Assembly: GCA_028716365.1 (NCBI GenBank)
Contig: JAQUPZ010000002.1
Location: 449,005-513,004, forward strand
Direction: 5' to 3'
Source of the DNA: Kiritimatiellia bacterium
GTDB lineage: Bacteria; Verrucomicrobiota; Kiritimatiellia; UBA8416; YA12-FULL-48-11
Length of the DNA stretch: 64,000 nt
The translations under genes and the position numbers were made by a program. Position 1 is the first letter of the stretch; each line of letters starts with the position of its first letter. Shown piece by piece: positions 1 through 9,574 of this stretch. A model generated the notes under the pieces. The model had not been told where the DNA came from, ran no database searches, and saw only the letters and a program-made list of their open reading frames with translations.

Positions 1-1253
1 GCCGGCTTCTCGGCATAGGGCGAAAAACCAACCGCTCCCCCAACCTGCTGCCACGACGAACCATTCCAGCGGGAAACTACTATCCTGGCCTGTTGAGGAT
101 CACCCCATGCAACGACAGGATAACCGTTGGCATCCATCTTTAAATCAGGGTCAAAAGCAAGCGTGGCTCCCGGAACGGCACCATTCGTTGAACCATCCAT
201 CCCCCACCATTGACCTGACCCTGTATTCACATCCCCGACAAATCTTCTGACACATATCGCCTGGACATAACTGACATTCTGACCGGACATGGTTATAATC
301 GGCTGTTGAAATGCCACAACGGGATTGCCATTTATGTCGAGTCCAAGGTGAGGATTAGAGGCATCTTTCTCGAACTGCTGGTTAGGAAGACCGACACCGG
401 AACCGGAAGCAGAACCTGCAAGTTCAATCCAGGAAGACCCGTTCCAACATTTGAGATATATCCGGCCTATCGCAGTTGGATCCGCCCGATGCATCCAGGC
501 AATATAAACCTTCGGCCCCTTTACAGCCACCGATGGACTTTCCGGTACTGCGGGAGCCTCGGTAAGGGCCGACCAGGCACTCATATCGGATCCATCAACA
601 CAACGCCATTGCCCTGAAGCAACAGTCAGCTCTGCCCATACGCCGTTTTTACCAAAAGCGTTGGTAATAGATCCAAACCATCGAAGAACGCCGAGTTGAT
701 TAGTAAAAGTAGTATAAGGTGAAGCCCTAACAGGCCATCCTTCCTCATCACAGTCAATAACTTCCTCTACTACTGTACCAGATGACGCTGTCGAAACCAC
801 ACCGAGGTCCGTCAGTGTGATCCTGTATGAACCGGTTGGTTGCGGACCACCCGCTCCAAAAAATTCTTTTACCTTTATATAATAAGTCCCTATGGCCGTC
901 GGTACGTACTCTATAGTGGAAAAATGGTAATTGTTGCCGTCATCATTTCTTGCCAGCAATGTCGTCGCGTCAGATGAATAAAGGTAGATTATTGTATCGA
1001 AAGTGCTTATTGCCCCTGAAGGATCACTCGTTTCTATTCTGTACCTGTGATTGGCCTGACCGGTAAATTTAATCCAGTCGACATCCCCGGCAACATGTAT
1101 TGTGTGGACCTGATTCGAACCCGGAGCAATTACACTAGCCTGCGTATTGGTATCATCCGGCTCATAGGCGTCAGGGGACTGTCCGAACACTGCCAATGGT
1201 CCAAGAGCCATTGCCATTACAATCAAACGCAACATTTTGATTGAATATCTCAT
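1..1253 (-). CDS. secreted repeat protein with signal peptide and pre-peptidase C-terminal (PPC)-like domain; C-terminal part truncated by window start
   Basis: The reverse-complement reading from the ATG at ~1253 gives MRYSIKMLRLIVMAMALGPLAVFGQSPDAYEPDDTNTQASVIAPG... This is a signal peptide followed by a DxDWY/GTYY PPC-like segment, then repeated NGSSW-containing blades. The ORF runs off the window edge and is therefore missing from the ORF track. Confidence 0.5.
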   Translation of the reverse strand, partial: MRYSIKMLRLIVMAMALGPLAVFGQSPDAYEPDDTNTQASVIAPGSNQVHTIHVAGDVDWIKFTGQANHRYRIETSDPSGAISTFDTIIYLYSSDATTLLARNDDGNNYHFSTIEYVPTAIGTYYIKVKEFFGAGGPQPTGSYRITLTDLGVVSTASSGTVVEEVIDCDEEGWPVRASPYTTFTNQLGVLRWFGSITNAFGKNGVWAELTVASGQWRCVDGSDMSAWSALTEAPAVPESPSVAVKGPKVYIAWMHRADPTAIGRIYLKCWNGSSWIELAGSASGSGVGLPNQQFEKDASNPHLGLDINGNPVVAFQQPIITMSGQNVSYVQAICVRRFVGDVNTGSGQWWGMDGSTNGAVPGATLAFDPDLKMDANGYPVVAWGDPQQARIVVSRWNGSSWQQVGGAVGFSPYAEKP

Positions 1254-1324
1254 CTCATCACTAAATCTTTCACAAACTTAACTGATATATTGATGAAAGC
1301 ATAGCAAAAAATCCATTTTTGCTC

Positions 1325-1783
1325 TCATCTTACATCCTTCTTTCCCATTTTTCGCAACAAATCCTGTTCCTGCTGTCTCAATTTGCCTAATTTTTTATAC
1401 GCAACTTGATAAGCATTGTTTTTTTCCATGGCTTCTGGCGCAGCAAACATCATATCATTTAGAGCCTGACGTTTTTTTGCCATTTCTTTTTCAAGTTTTT
1501 TCATATCCATGTATAAATGTGAAATCTCTTTATTGGTATACACAACGTCATGTTCATATTTACGAAGCGCCGCATTTGCGCGTTCCAAATCTTTACTCGC
1601 CAGGGCAATATCGTTACGTACCCTTGCCAGCGCGGAATCCCAATCTAGTGCCTGACCTGAAGAAGAAGTCGTAGTAACATTTGTTTCTGCAAATACTGGA
1701 ACAATGCATCCCGTAATCACGATCGCCATTACTGTCACAAGAACAATGTACCATCTTTTTTTCATCTGATTCCACGCACCCAT
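1325..1783 (-). CDS. hypothetical membrane-anchored/periplasmic coiled-coil protein (152 aa)
   Basis: ORF with an N-terminal hydrophobic segment (WYIVLVTVMAIVITGCIVPVFA) followed by charged coiled-coil-like sequence. No recognisable family. Confidence 0.45.
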   Translation of the reverse strand: MGAWNQMKKRWYIVLVTVMAIVITGCIVPVFAETNVTTTSSSGQALDWDSALARVRNDIALASKDLERANAALRKYEHDVVYTNKEISHLYMDMKKLEKEMAKKRQALNDMMFAAPEAMEKNNAYQVAYKKLGKLRQQEQDLLRKMGKKDVR

Positions 1784-1900
1784 CTCATCTTATTTCCTAA
1801 CTCACTTATCCGTAATTATAATATGAAAAACGGCATCTATTAGCAAGGGACAACATGTCAAGATTTTGTCAGATTATACGGTGGTTTTTCGAAAGAAATA

Positions 1901-1929
1901 TTGACCTTTCTGCGAATATCAGTACATTG
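1901..1929 (+). promoter_or_regulatory. putative sigma70-type promoter for the tRNA cluster (TTGACC, 16-17 nt spacer, TACATT)
   Basis: TTGACC at 1901-1906 and a weak -10 (TACATT/ACATTG) about 17 nt downstream, roughly 20 nt before the tRNA-Gly 5' end. Confidence 0.3.
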
Positions 1930-1946
1930 CCGACTGTTTTGATTGA

Positions 1947-2021
1947 GCGAGCGTAGCTCAGTGGTAGAGCTCCACCTTGCCAAGGTGGCTGTCGAGGGTT
2001 CAAATCCCTTCGCTCGCTCCA
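1947..2021 (+). tRNA. tRNA-Gly (anticodon GCC)
   Basis: Cloverleaf: acceptor GCGAGCG/CGCTCGC, D arm AGCTCAGTGGTAGAGC, anticodon stem CCACC/GGTGG with loop TTGCCAA, T arm GGGTTCAAATCCC, 3' CCA. Confidence 0.9.
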
Positions 2022-2055
2022 TTTTTCATCCGGTTTTCCGTATGCGCAGTTTTGT

Positions 2056-2131
<76 letters not shown>

Positions 2132-2273
2132 CCCTTCGCTCGCAATGTAGCGGAGAGTGAAGGCTGTCACGGGCTCAACACCAAGAAGGTCACGCCGTAT
2201 TTTTCCTCTTTTGTTATTTGAGGTTTGAATTTATTTTGAATTTCGGATTTAGTAGCTTGTATTTCGCATTAAC

Positions 2274-2358
2274 GGGCGAGTGGTGAAATTGGCAGACACG
2301 CAAGACTTAGGATCTTGTGCCGCAAGGCTTGCGGGTTCAAATCCCGCCTCGCCCACCA
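2274..2358 (+). tRNA. tRNA-Leu (anticodon TAG), long variable arm
   Basis: Acceptor GGGCGAG/CTCGCCC, anticodon stem CAAGA/TCTTG with loop CTTAGGA, long variable arm, T arm GGGTTCAAATCCC, 3' ACCA. It abuts the stop codon of the next gene. Confidence 0.9.
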
Positions 2359-3537
2359 TCACAACGACTTGACGAATTTTTCCAGCCTGTCCAAACCTTT
2401 CCTGATATTGTCCGTACTGCAGGCATACGACAGACGGACATTACGGTCTGCGCCGAAGGCCATACCCGGAACGACAGCAACACCCTCGCGTTCCAGAAGT
2501 TGTTCTGCAAACGAGACTGAATCCAGTCCAAACTGTGATATATTCGGGAGCATGTAGAATGCACCCATCGGCTTCACGCATGTTATTCCTTTTATTGCAG
2601 TCAGCCGCTGGTACATGTAAACGCGTCGTTCAGCAAAAGCCTTCACCATTTCCGCCACACAATCCTGCGGCCCCTTCAATGCTTCGATTCCGCCAAACTG
2701 GGCGAAAGTGTTGGGCCCTGAAGTGCTATGGCTCTGAAAGGCATTTACAGCCCTGACAATCTCCATGGGTCCGGCAAAATACCCGAGTCGCCAGCCGGTC
2801 ATCGCATATGCTTTACTGAAACCGTTAACAGTGATGGTTCTGTCAAAAATATTACTGGAAATACTGCCTACGCTGACATGAACAGTGTTGTCGTACATCA
2901 TCTTCTCGTATATTTCATCCGAAATTATGTACATACCGTGACTAACGGCTATTTCGGCAATCACTTTCAGTTCATAACCGGAATAAACAACACCTATTGG
3001 ATTGGATGGACTGTTTATGACAACCGCCTTCGTCCGTCTCGTTATGGCTTTCTCAAATTCAGCCGGCGTCATTTTGAAATCATTTTCCTCGCGACAGTGA
3101 ACAAAAACAGATTTGCCTCCGGCGACATTTACCATTTCCGGATAACTCAACCAGTACGGGGCGGGAATAATGACCTCGTCACCTTCCCTGCAAATTGCCA
3201 TGAAAATATTAAAAAGAGTATGCTTCGCCCCGTTGCTGACCACCACATGGCTGGGTTCATAACGGAGTTCGTTGTCCTTCTCAAATTTAGCGGCAATCAC
3301 CGTTCGCAAAGCCTGCAAACCCGCAACAGGCGTGTACTTGGTTTCACCCGCTTCAAGAGCTTTGGCAGCTGCCTTCTTGATGTGGCCTGGAGTATCAAAA
3401 TCCGGTTCCCCTGCGGCAAAGCTGTAAACCTTTTTCCCCTTGATCACCATTTCTTTGGCACGACTGTCGATACCAAGCGTAACAGACGGCGCTATTGCAG
3501 CCACTCTCTCATTAATTATCTTCGCCTTGGCCACCAT
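2359..3537 (-). CDS. pyridoxal-phosphate-dependent class I/II aminotransferase (aspartate/aromatic aminotransferase-like)
   Basis: Motifs NSPSNPIGVVYS and SFSKAYAMTGWRLGY (PLP-lysine region) typical of AspC-family enzymes. Start reassigned to the ATG of MVAKAKIINERV, which is preceded by GGGGAGATAAAGAA (SD). The ORF-track start at 3627 is probably an upstream extension. Confidence 0.85.
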   Translation of the reverse strand: MVAKAKIINERVAAIAPSVTLGIDSRAKEMVIKGKKVYSFAAGEPDFDTPGHIKKAAAKALEAGETKYTPVAGLQALRTVIAAKFEKDNELRYEPSHVVVSNGAKHTLFNIFMAICREGDEVIIPAPYWLSYPEMVNVAGGKSVFVHCREENDFKMTPAEFEKAITRRTKAVVINSPSNPIGVVYSGYELKVIAEIAVSHGMYIISDEIYEKMMYDNTVHVSVGSISSNIFDRTITVNGFSKAYAMTGWRLGYFAGPMEIVRAVNAFQSHSTSGPNTFAQFGGIEALKGPQDCVAEMVKAFAERRVYMYQRLTAIKGITCVKPMGAFYMLPNISQFGLDSVSFAEQLLEREGVAVVPGMAFGADRNVRLSYACSTDNIRKGLDRLEKFVKSL

Positions 3538-3580
3538 TTCTTTATCTCCCCGCCATTTTCCCGGTATCTCCCGTAATTCA

Positions 3581-4750
3581 TCACGATGCAGTGTAGTGTT
3601 TATTGACCCATTGACGGATTGTATCATCCTTCACTTTTATGATCCGTATTTCCCGATCCGCATTTTCAACAGAGTCAGAAGCATGTGCCGCATTCACCAT
3701 TATATTGCTTCCAAATTCACGCCTCACAGAACCGGGTTTCGCTTTATTTGGATCAGTCGGTCCGAGAATGGAACGGATTTTTTCCACCGCATTAAGTCCC
3801 TCATAAACCAGGGCCAGACAACTTTCAGTTCCCTTGGACGCCTTCTCATCCTCCGCACACTCTGAAGGTTTGAATCCTGTTATAAACTTCACAATACTTT
3901 CGAACTGCGAGGTTGCAAATGCCGACGCCAGATCAACACAGAGGGCATCAAGAGCGTCTGCCGGCATTTTGAAGCCAAATTCCTTTTCAAGCGCCGACTT
4001 GGCCCGATCTGCTCCTATATTCTTGAACTTCTTTTTCAATGCATCCCGCACAGGTCCATAAAATTCTTCTGCCTGCGCAACCGTCATACTGAATTTTTTT
4101 ATAGCCACAATCCTGAGTCCCGATGACGATAAAAGGTCAATTATGTTTCCGGGCCTGCTGCTCGGAAAACGGAAATTATCGGGTTTCAGCATGACCAGTG
4201 TTTTCTCAACCTGTTCACCGGCGGGAACATCTGTTGCCGATTCAATTATTCCGCCATCCGACTCCGAATATTTCGCCCAGAGATTCAAAGAGGCTGCTGC
4301 TCTCTTTTTTGTGGGAGCAACCAGCACAGCTGGTTCAAAATACTGGACCTTCCCATTCTCGTCCGTAATGAAGTCACCGTAAGTATCCCTTATGGTTTCG
4401 CCGCTTCCCCACTTTAATGTTGCGCTACCAGTGATATGCCAGATCTTACTGATTGCATCTTCACCTTCAAACAAAAGCATCATGACCCGTCGCGGCTTGC
4501 CGGTCACCGGATTCGGCGCGTAAGATTTGATAATGTAATCGGCTATCAGATCCGATGCATCAGAAGTGCCATGATCAGTACTCCTTACAACCTCGGCATA
4601 TTGCTCCACCAGTTCCCTGCTCGGACCAAACATCCGGGCGGCAACAAGATTAAGGTCTGTACGCCCGATGAAACGCGCAATCACACCGCCGGTCCTTGAT
4701 TTTGATATCGTATATGGATTAATCAATACGTATGCAAGTTCTTCTGCCAT
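3581..4750 (-). CDS. ndk: tandem-domain nucleoside diphosphate kinase-like protein (degenerate N-terminal NDK-like domain plus catalytic C-terminal NDK domain with insert)
   Basis: The C-terminal half has NDK signatures KTLVMLKPDNF, LVYEGLNAVEKIRSILGPTDP and NIMVNAAHASDSVENADREI (NxxH-x-SD catalytic His). The N-terminal half (LAYVLINPYTISKSRTGGVIARFIG...) has an NDK-like fold pattern but no HGSD histidine. SD GGAGAGG lies upstream of the ATG. Confidence 0.75.
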   Translation of the reverse strand: MAEELAYVLINPYTISKSRTGGVIARFIGRTDLNLVAARMFGPSRELVEQYAEVVRSTDHGTSDASDLIADYIIKSYAPNPVTGKPRRVMMLLFEGEDAISKIWHITGSATLKWGSGETIRDTYGDFITDENGKVQYFEPAVLVAPTKKRAAASLNLWAKYSESDGGIIESATDVPAGEQVEKTLVMLKPDNFRFPSSRPGNIIDLLSSSGLRIVAIKKFSMTVAQAEEFYGPVRDALKKKFKNIGADRAKSALEKEFGFKMPADALDALCVDLASAFATSQFESIVKFITGFKPSECAEDEKASKGTESCLALVYEGLNAVEKIRSILGPTDPNKAKPGSVRREFGSNIMVNAAHASDSVENADREIRIIKVKDDTIRQWVNKHYTAS

Positions 4751-4818
4751 GTTATCTTAACCTCTCCATAAATAGTTTCGAATTCTGTAATTCGAAATCG
4801 CCTGTGTCAACTATAAAG

Positions 4819-5592
4819 CTATGCACGAAGTTCCTGTAATTTTGCGGCCGGATCAGTACATTTCATCAGCGCTTCCCCCACAAGAAATCCTTTATACCCC
4901 AGCGCTCTGAGTTCATTGATTTCAAGTTTTGTTTTAATACTGCTTTCGGCAATCGACAGCCGGTCTGCCGGTATCAAGGATGCAAGTTTTTTCAACACCG
5001 ACAAATCCGTCTGCAAAGTTTTCAGGTTACGACTATTGACACCTACAATTGCATTATCCAGTTCCAACGCCGTCTTCACTTCTTCCCCGGTATGTGCCTC
5101 AACCAATACCTCCAGTCCCATTTTTCCCGCGGTTTCATACAGCTTTACCAACTGCGGCCGCTTCAAAGCCGCAATAATCAAAAGAATCACATCCGCACCC
5201 CATGCAGCAGACTCATATACCTGATAAACATCACATAAAAAATCCTTACGCAATACACTGATATCAACAGCCTTGCGAACATCCATGAAATCCTTCTCAC
5301 TTCCCAGGAAGTGAAGTGGTTCCGTCAGTACCGATATTCCAACTGCTCCCGCTTTCTGAAATCCAAGCGCAATATCCGCCGGCCTGTAATCCTTTCGTAT
5401 CAAACCCGCTGACGGGCTTGCCTTCTTGACCTCCGCTATTATGCAAGGTTCGGCGCAACAATTTATTTTCTCCTTGAGGCCATGGTGCTTCCTGGATTCC
5501 GCCTGTTCAATGAGAACCTTCTCAGGAACAAGTTTTCTGGCATCCGCCACGGCAGCCATCCGTTCACCCATGATTGTTTTAAGAATGTCCAT
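4819..5592 (-). CDS. trpC: indole-3-glycerol phosphate synthase
   Basis: IAEVKKASPSAG, LVEAHTGEE, IVGVNSRNLKTLQTDL and IAESSI motifs of the TrpC TIM barrel. Confidence 0.85.
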   Translation of the reverse strand: MDILKTIMGERMAAVADARKLVPEKVLIEQAESRKHHGLKEKINCCAEPCIIAEVKKASPSAGLIRKDYRPADIALGFQKAGAVGISVLTEPLHFLGSEKDFMDVRKAVDISVLRKDFLCDVYQVYESAAWGADVILLIIAALKRPQLVKLYETAGKMGLEVLVEAHTGEEVKTALELDNAIVGVNSRNLKTLQTDLSVLKKLASLIPADRLSIAESSIKTKLEINELRALGYKGFLVGEALMKCTDPAAKLQELRA

Positions 5593-5699
5593 ATTTAAAT
5601 TTAATCCTAACGGTACCAGTCAATCATTGCTATAACGAAAAGCGACGGGAACTGTTCCCGCCGCTTTTCGGCCATTAATCCATGTTCAACAACCCCGAC

Positions 5700-6854
5700 C
5701 TATTTTGTTGAAAACCTGTAAACTGTTGTCTGCCTGTAAACCTGTCCGGGTTTCAGAACAGTTGTCGGAAATTCCGGTTTATTCGGCGAGTCAGGAAAAT
5801 ACTGGGTTTCCATACAAAAACCGTATCTGTGCCTGTATACTTTGCCGCCCTTGCCAATGTTGGTTCCATTCAGAAAATTACCTGTATAGAACTGCAAACC
5901 AAGTTCAGTAGTAAAAACCTCCATAAATCTTCCGCTCGTCGGTTCATAGACTGTCGCAGCCAGCGCCAGTTTGCCGCTGCTATTGTTCAGCACCCAATTA
6001 TGATCATAACCGCCGCCAAATTTCAGTTGTTCATCTTCCTGATTAATTCTGGCTCCGATTTTTGTCGGCGTGGTAAAATCAAATGGCGTACCTTTAACAG
6101 GCTTTAATTCACCGGTCGGGATCAACCCTTTATCAACAGGTGTAAACCTGTCAGCAGCAATCATTACTTCATGGTCAAGGTTATCCCTCTCGCCTGCCCC
6201 GGCAAGGTTGTAATAATTATGCTGTGTAAGGTTCACTATTGTATCTTTATCCGTTGTGGCCTCATAATCGATCTTCAATTCGTTGTCGTCTGTCCAGGTA
6301 TAGGTCACCTTCGATGTCAGCGTACCAGGAAAGCCTTCTTCCATGTCCTTGCTTACGTAAACCAACTCAAGGGCAAGACCGTTATCCACTTTTTTTTCTT
6401 TTGCTTTCCAGACAACCTTATCAAAACCTTTCAATCCTCCGTGTAATGCATTTTCACCATTGTTGACAGCCAGGGTATATTCCCTGCCATTTAATGTAAA
6501 CTTGCCCTTGCAGATACGGTTCCCATACCGCCCGACCAACGCACCAAAAAACGGATTGGCCTTGATGTAATCTTCCAGCTTGTCATAACCAAGTGCCACA
6601 TCCCCCATTTTGCCAGTCTTGTCCGGAACCAGTATAATTGTGACAATCCCGCCATAGTTGGTGATCTTAACCACACAACCTTTCACATTTGTGAGCGTAT
6701 ACAGGGAGACTTTTCTACCATCCGATGTCTTTCCAAACGGTTCTTTCATTATACCTTTCACGCCTCCTTTACATTCAGCTCCATAACCAGCCAGGGATAC
6801 CGCGATGTACCCGGCAACTGTCAATCCAGCAACTTTTCTCAGACTGTTCTTCAT
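5700..6854 (-). CDS. galM: aldose 1-epimerase (galactose mutarotase) with signal peptide/lipobox
   Basis: YGNRICKGKFTLNGREYTLAVNNGENALHGG and FDKVVW mutarotase motifs. Start moved to MKNSLRKVAGLTVAGYIAVSLAGYGAEC, which is preceded by GAGG (SD). The longer ORF-track start lacks this support. Confidence 0.8.
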   Translation of the reverse strand: MKNSLRKVAGLTVAGYIAVSLAGYGAECKGGVKGIMKEPFGKTSDGRKVSLYTLTNVKGCVVKITNYGGIVTIILVPDKTGKMGDVALGYDKLEDYIKANPFFGALVGRYGNRICKGKFTLNGREYTLAVNNGENALHGGLKGFDKVVWKAKEKKVDNGLALELVYVSKDMEEGFPGTLTSKVTYTWTDDNELKIDYEATTDKDTIVNLTQHNYYNLAGAGERDNLDHEVMIAADRFTPVDKGLIPTGELKPVKGTPFDFTTPTKIGARINQEDEQLKFGGGYDHNWVLNNSSGKLALAATVYEPTSGRFMEVFTTELGLQFYTGNFLNGTNIGKGGKVYRHRYGFCMETQYFPDSPNKPEFPTTVLKPGQVYRQTTVYRFSTK

Positions 6855-6951
6855 ACGAACCTCATCTATTGTTAAAATCATCCGGAAGATGAACTTACAC
6901 AAATCCATCCCTTTTGATAACACTTTTTTTCCGGCATCCATCCCGGTATTT

Positions 6952-7758
6952 TCAGAAATGCACAGACAGTCCCGCATAAGGTCCGTCCATAGTTTGCGAA
7001 GGACCTGACAGCCATTTGTATCCGGCTTTTAACAGAACAAATTTACATCCGCCAAACACGCCAATATCATATTCACTGATATTACCCGCCCATGCCGGCC
7101 TGAATTCAAAACCAAGATGTTTGTTAGGGTGAATCAGGATGGGCATTGTAAAAGAAAAACGGTTGTCATCTTCATCGTCAATCGAGAATCCTCCTAATCC
7201 AAGATCAACTTCAAGCATGCGCCCCAAAGACATCCGGTACAACCCGTAAACCCGGGTTAAGTCCATGGTATCATCCGGATCTTTCTCGCGAAAATGAGTT
7301 CTATTGAAACGGACTCCTATTGGTCCATATCCGCCATCAATACTGTAATCAAAAGCGTCGACACTGGATGCAACCATCTGGTAACTGGCATCAACCCGCA
7401 GAAAAGGAATCAGTACTTCTCCTGTTTCCCTCTGATACATCTCCGAATATTTGTCGTTTAAACTTGCCCTGTTGATCCTCTCCCAACTTCTTACACCTCC
7501 ATAAGCCATGCCATAATAAAATATGTCTCCGAATCCATCAAAGTAGTGATCATGATAACTATCCCAGGACCTTTCCCTGTATATATATCCTGTTTCATGA
7601 TGATAAGAATGACTGGATGTGGAACTGCCTGTTGTCTTACCGCCCTTGCTTACATCTTTTTTAAAATCACTCAATTTCCCGGCACAGGCTGGTTTCACAA
7701 GAATCGCCATTTCAAAACAACAGGCAATTAACATCAAAACTTTCAAGCCGGTTTTCAT
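6952..7758 (-). CDS. putative outer-membrane beta-barrel protein
   Basis: N-terminal signal peptide (MKTGLKVLMLIACCFEMAILVKPACA), alternating hydrophobic pattern and aromatic-rich sequence, C-terminal ...GLSVHF ending in Phe as in OMPs. No named family. Confidence 0.5.
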   Translation of the reverse strand: MKTGLKVLMLIACCFEMAILVKPACAGKLSDFKKDVSKGGKTTGSSTSSHSYHHETGYIYRERSWDSYHDHYFDGFGDIFYYGMAYGGVRSWERINRASLNDKYSEMYQRETGEVLIPFLRVDASYQMVASSVDAFDYSIDGGYGPIGVRFNRTHFREKDPDDTMDLTRVYGLYRMSLGRMLEVDLGLGGFSIDDEDDNRFSFTMPILIHPNKHLGFEFRPAWAGNISEYDIGVFGGCKFVLLKAGYKWLSGPSQTMDGPYAGLSVHF

Positions 7759-7861
7759 TCTTGTCTACACCCCATTGACCTAATGTATGTATTACAATAA
7801 TGGGAACTTGATTTATTTCCGGATCATTAACAAACAACACCGTAAAAAAAGTTACCGGACT

Positions 7862-8872
7862 TCATCCTTCTTTGCTGACCTTAACCAGCATTTCCAATGC
7901 CTTCTGTGCATGACCACTGTCAATGGATTCCTGCGCAAGTTTCCAGCCCTGCCCGATGTCCTGTGCCTTACCACCGGCAACAATCGCCGCTGCGGCATTA
8001 ATACAGGCAATGTCACGGCGCGGCCCCTTTTCACCGGAAAGAATTTTCCGCGTAATATCGGCGTTGACAGCAGGATCACCCCCATTAAGGTCACGAGGCA
8101 AGGTATATTCACCTATAAATTGAATAGGATCCAGATCGTATGTCTTCACCCTTCCATCCGATAGTTCACTGACCCGAGTGACAGTAGTAGTGGTTATCTC
8201 GTCCATGCGGTCATGACCGTGAACAATGAACGCCCTGCGACTTCCCAGCAGTTTGAGAACGTTTGCGAAAGGTTCAGTTAATTCGGAAGAAAACACACCA
8301 ATGATCTGGCTTTTGGCACCGGCAGGATTAGTTAAAGGTCCAAGCATGTTGAAAATCGTTCGTACTCCAAGCTCCTTCCTCGGTCCCATTGCATGTTTCA
8401 TTGCAGGATGCAGTTTCGGTGCGAATAGGAAACCAATTCCAGCCTCTCTTACACAATTCTCTACCGTCTCGGGCAATGCTTCAATATTGACACCTAATTC
8501 TGCCAGAAGGTCAGCTGATCCGCATTTACTTGTGACTCCCCTGTTCCCATGTTTCGCCACAGGTACCCCTGCCCCGGCAACAATAAATGCCGCAGTTGTT
8601 GAAATATTAAATGTGTTACGACCATCACCACCGGTACCGCATGTATCTATTACAGGAAGTCCGCCGCAATCGATAAACACTGCATGTTTCCGCATGGAAG
8701 AAGCGCCCCCGGCGATTTCATCAACAGTTTCACCTTTCATTCTCAAACCAACCAGAAACGCCCCGATCTGAGCAGGGGTCGCCTGTCCGGACATAATCAA
8801 ATCGAATGCTTCAGATGTTTCTCCCTGTGTCAGATTATCTTTTGCCATTATCTTCTGGAGGTACTGTTTCAT
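7862..8872 (-). CDS. trpD: anthranilate phosphoribosyltransferase
   Basis: MKGETVDEIAGG, DTCGTGGDG and FNISTTAAFIVAGAGVPVAKHGNR signatures. Confidence 0.9.
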   Translation of the reverse strand: MKQYLQKIMAKDNLTQGETSEAFDLIMSGQATPAQIGAFLVGLRMKGETVDEIAGGASSMRKHAVFIDCGGLPVIDTCGTGGDGRNTFNISTTAAFIVAGAGVPVAKHGNRGVTSKCGSADLLAELGVNIEALPETVENCVREAGIGFLFAPKLHPAMKHAMGPRKELGVRTIFNMLGPLTNPAGAKSQIIGVFSSELTEPFANVLKLLGSRRAFIVHGHDRMDEITTTTVTRVSELSDGRVKTYDLDPIQFIGEYTLPRDLNGGDPAVNADITRKILSGEKGPRRDIACINAAAAIVAGGKAQDIGQGWKLAQESIDSGHAQKALEMLVKVSKEG

Positions 8873-8991
8873 GCGTCACCTCATGCGCAGAATTATTGGT
8901 AGCGCGGGGCCGCCGGACCCGCCGCATATCAAGCACGGCGCGCCCAGCGGTCGCGCCCTACCTTGGATTACGATAAAATATCCCATAAATT

Positions 8992-9573
8992 CTACTTTAT
9001 GTTTTCGTCTACAATCTGGAGAAAATTTCTTAACAGTCTTTTGCCGCCTGGCGTAAGCACTGATTCAGGATGGAATTGAACACCGTAGGACTTGTGTTCG
9101 CGATGATGCATTCCCATAATTTCCCCGTCTTCACTTGTGGCATCGACAATAAGCTGCGGAGGCAGAGACTCCTTCACTATGGCCAACGAATGATACCTGC
9201 CCGCCGGAAACGGATCCTTCATACCGCGATAAAGATCGGATTTATCATGTGTGATCATGGAAATCTTGCCATGCATGATTCGCTTCGCATTGGCAACAAC
9301 GGCACCAAACGCAACACCCATGCTCTGATGTCCGAGACAAACACCAAGGATCGGGACAATTCCTGACATCCTTTTGACCAATGTAACGGATATTCCTGCT
9401 TCCTTTGGAGTACATGGACCGGGCGACACGACGATACCAGCCGGCTTCAAAGCAATAACCTGTTCAACAGTTATTTCGTCATTCCTGAAAACCGTTATAT
9501 CAGCTCCCTGGCTGGACATAACCTGGACCAGATTGTACGTAAACGAATCATAGTTATCGATCAACACAATCAT
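8992..9573 (-). CDS. trpG: anthranilate synthase component II / glutamine amidotransferase (TrpG/PabA)
   Basis: MIVLIDNYDSFTYNLVQ and catalytic LGVCLGHQ of class I GATase. Confidence 0.85.
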   Translation of the reverse strand: MIVLIDNYDSFTYNLVQVMSSQGADITVFRNDEITVEQVIALKPAGIVVSPGPCTPKEAGISVTLVKRMSGIVPILGVCLGHQSMGVAFGAVVANAKRIMHGKISMITHDKSDLYRGMKDPFPAGRYHSLAIVKESLPPQLIVDATSEDGEIMGMHHREHKSYGVQFHPESVLTPGGKRLLRNFLQIVDENIK

Positions 9574-9574
9574 T

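Noticed and set aside
2728-3576. 282-aa plus-strand ORF
   Set aside because: Entirely antisense to the well-supported aminotransferase gene. Low-complexity translation with no family match.
8226-8771. 181-aa plus-strand ORF
   Set aside because: Antisense to trpD. The translation has no recognisable family and no start signals.
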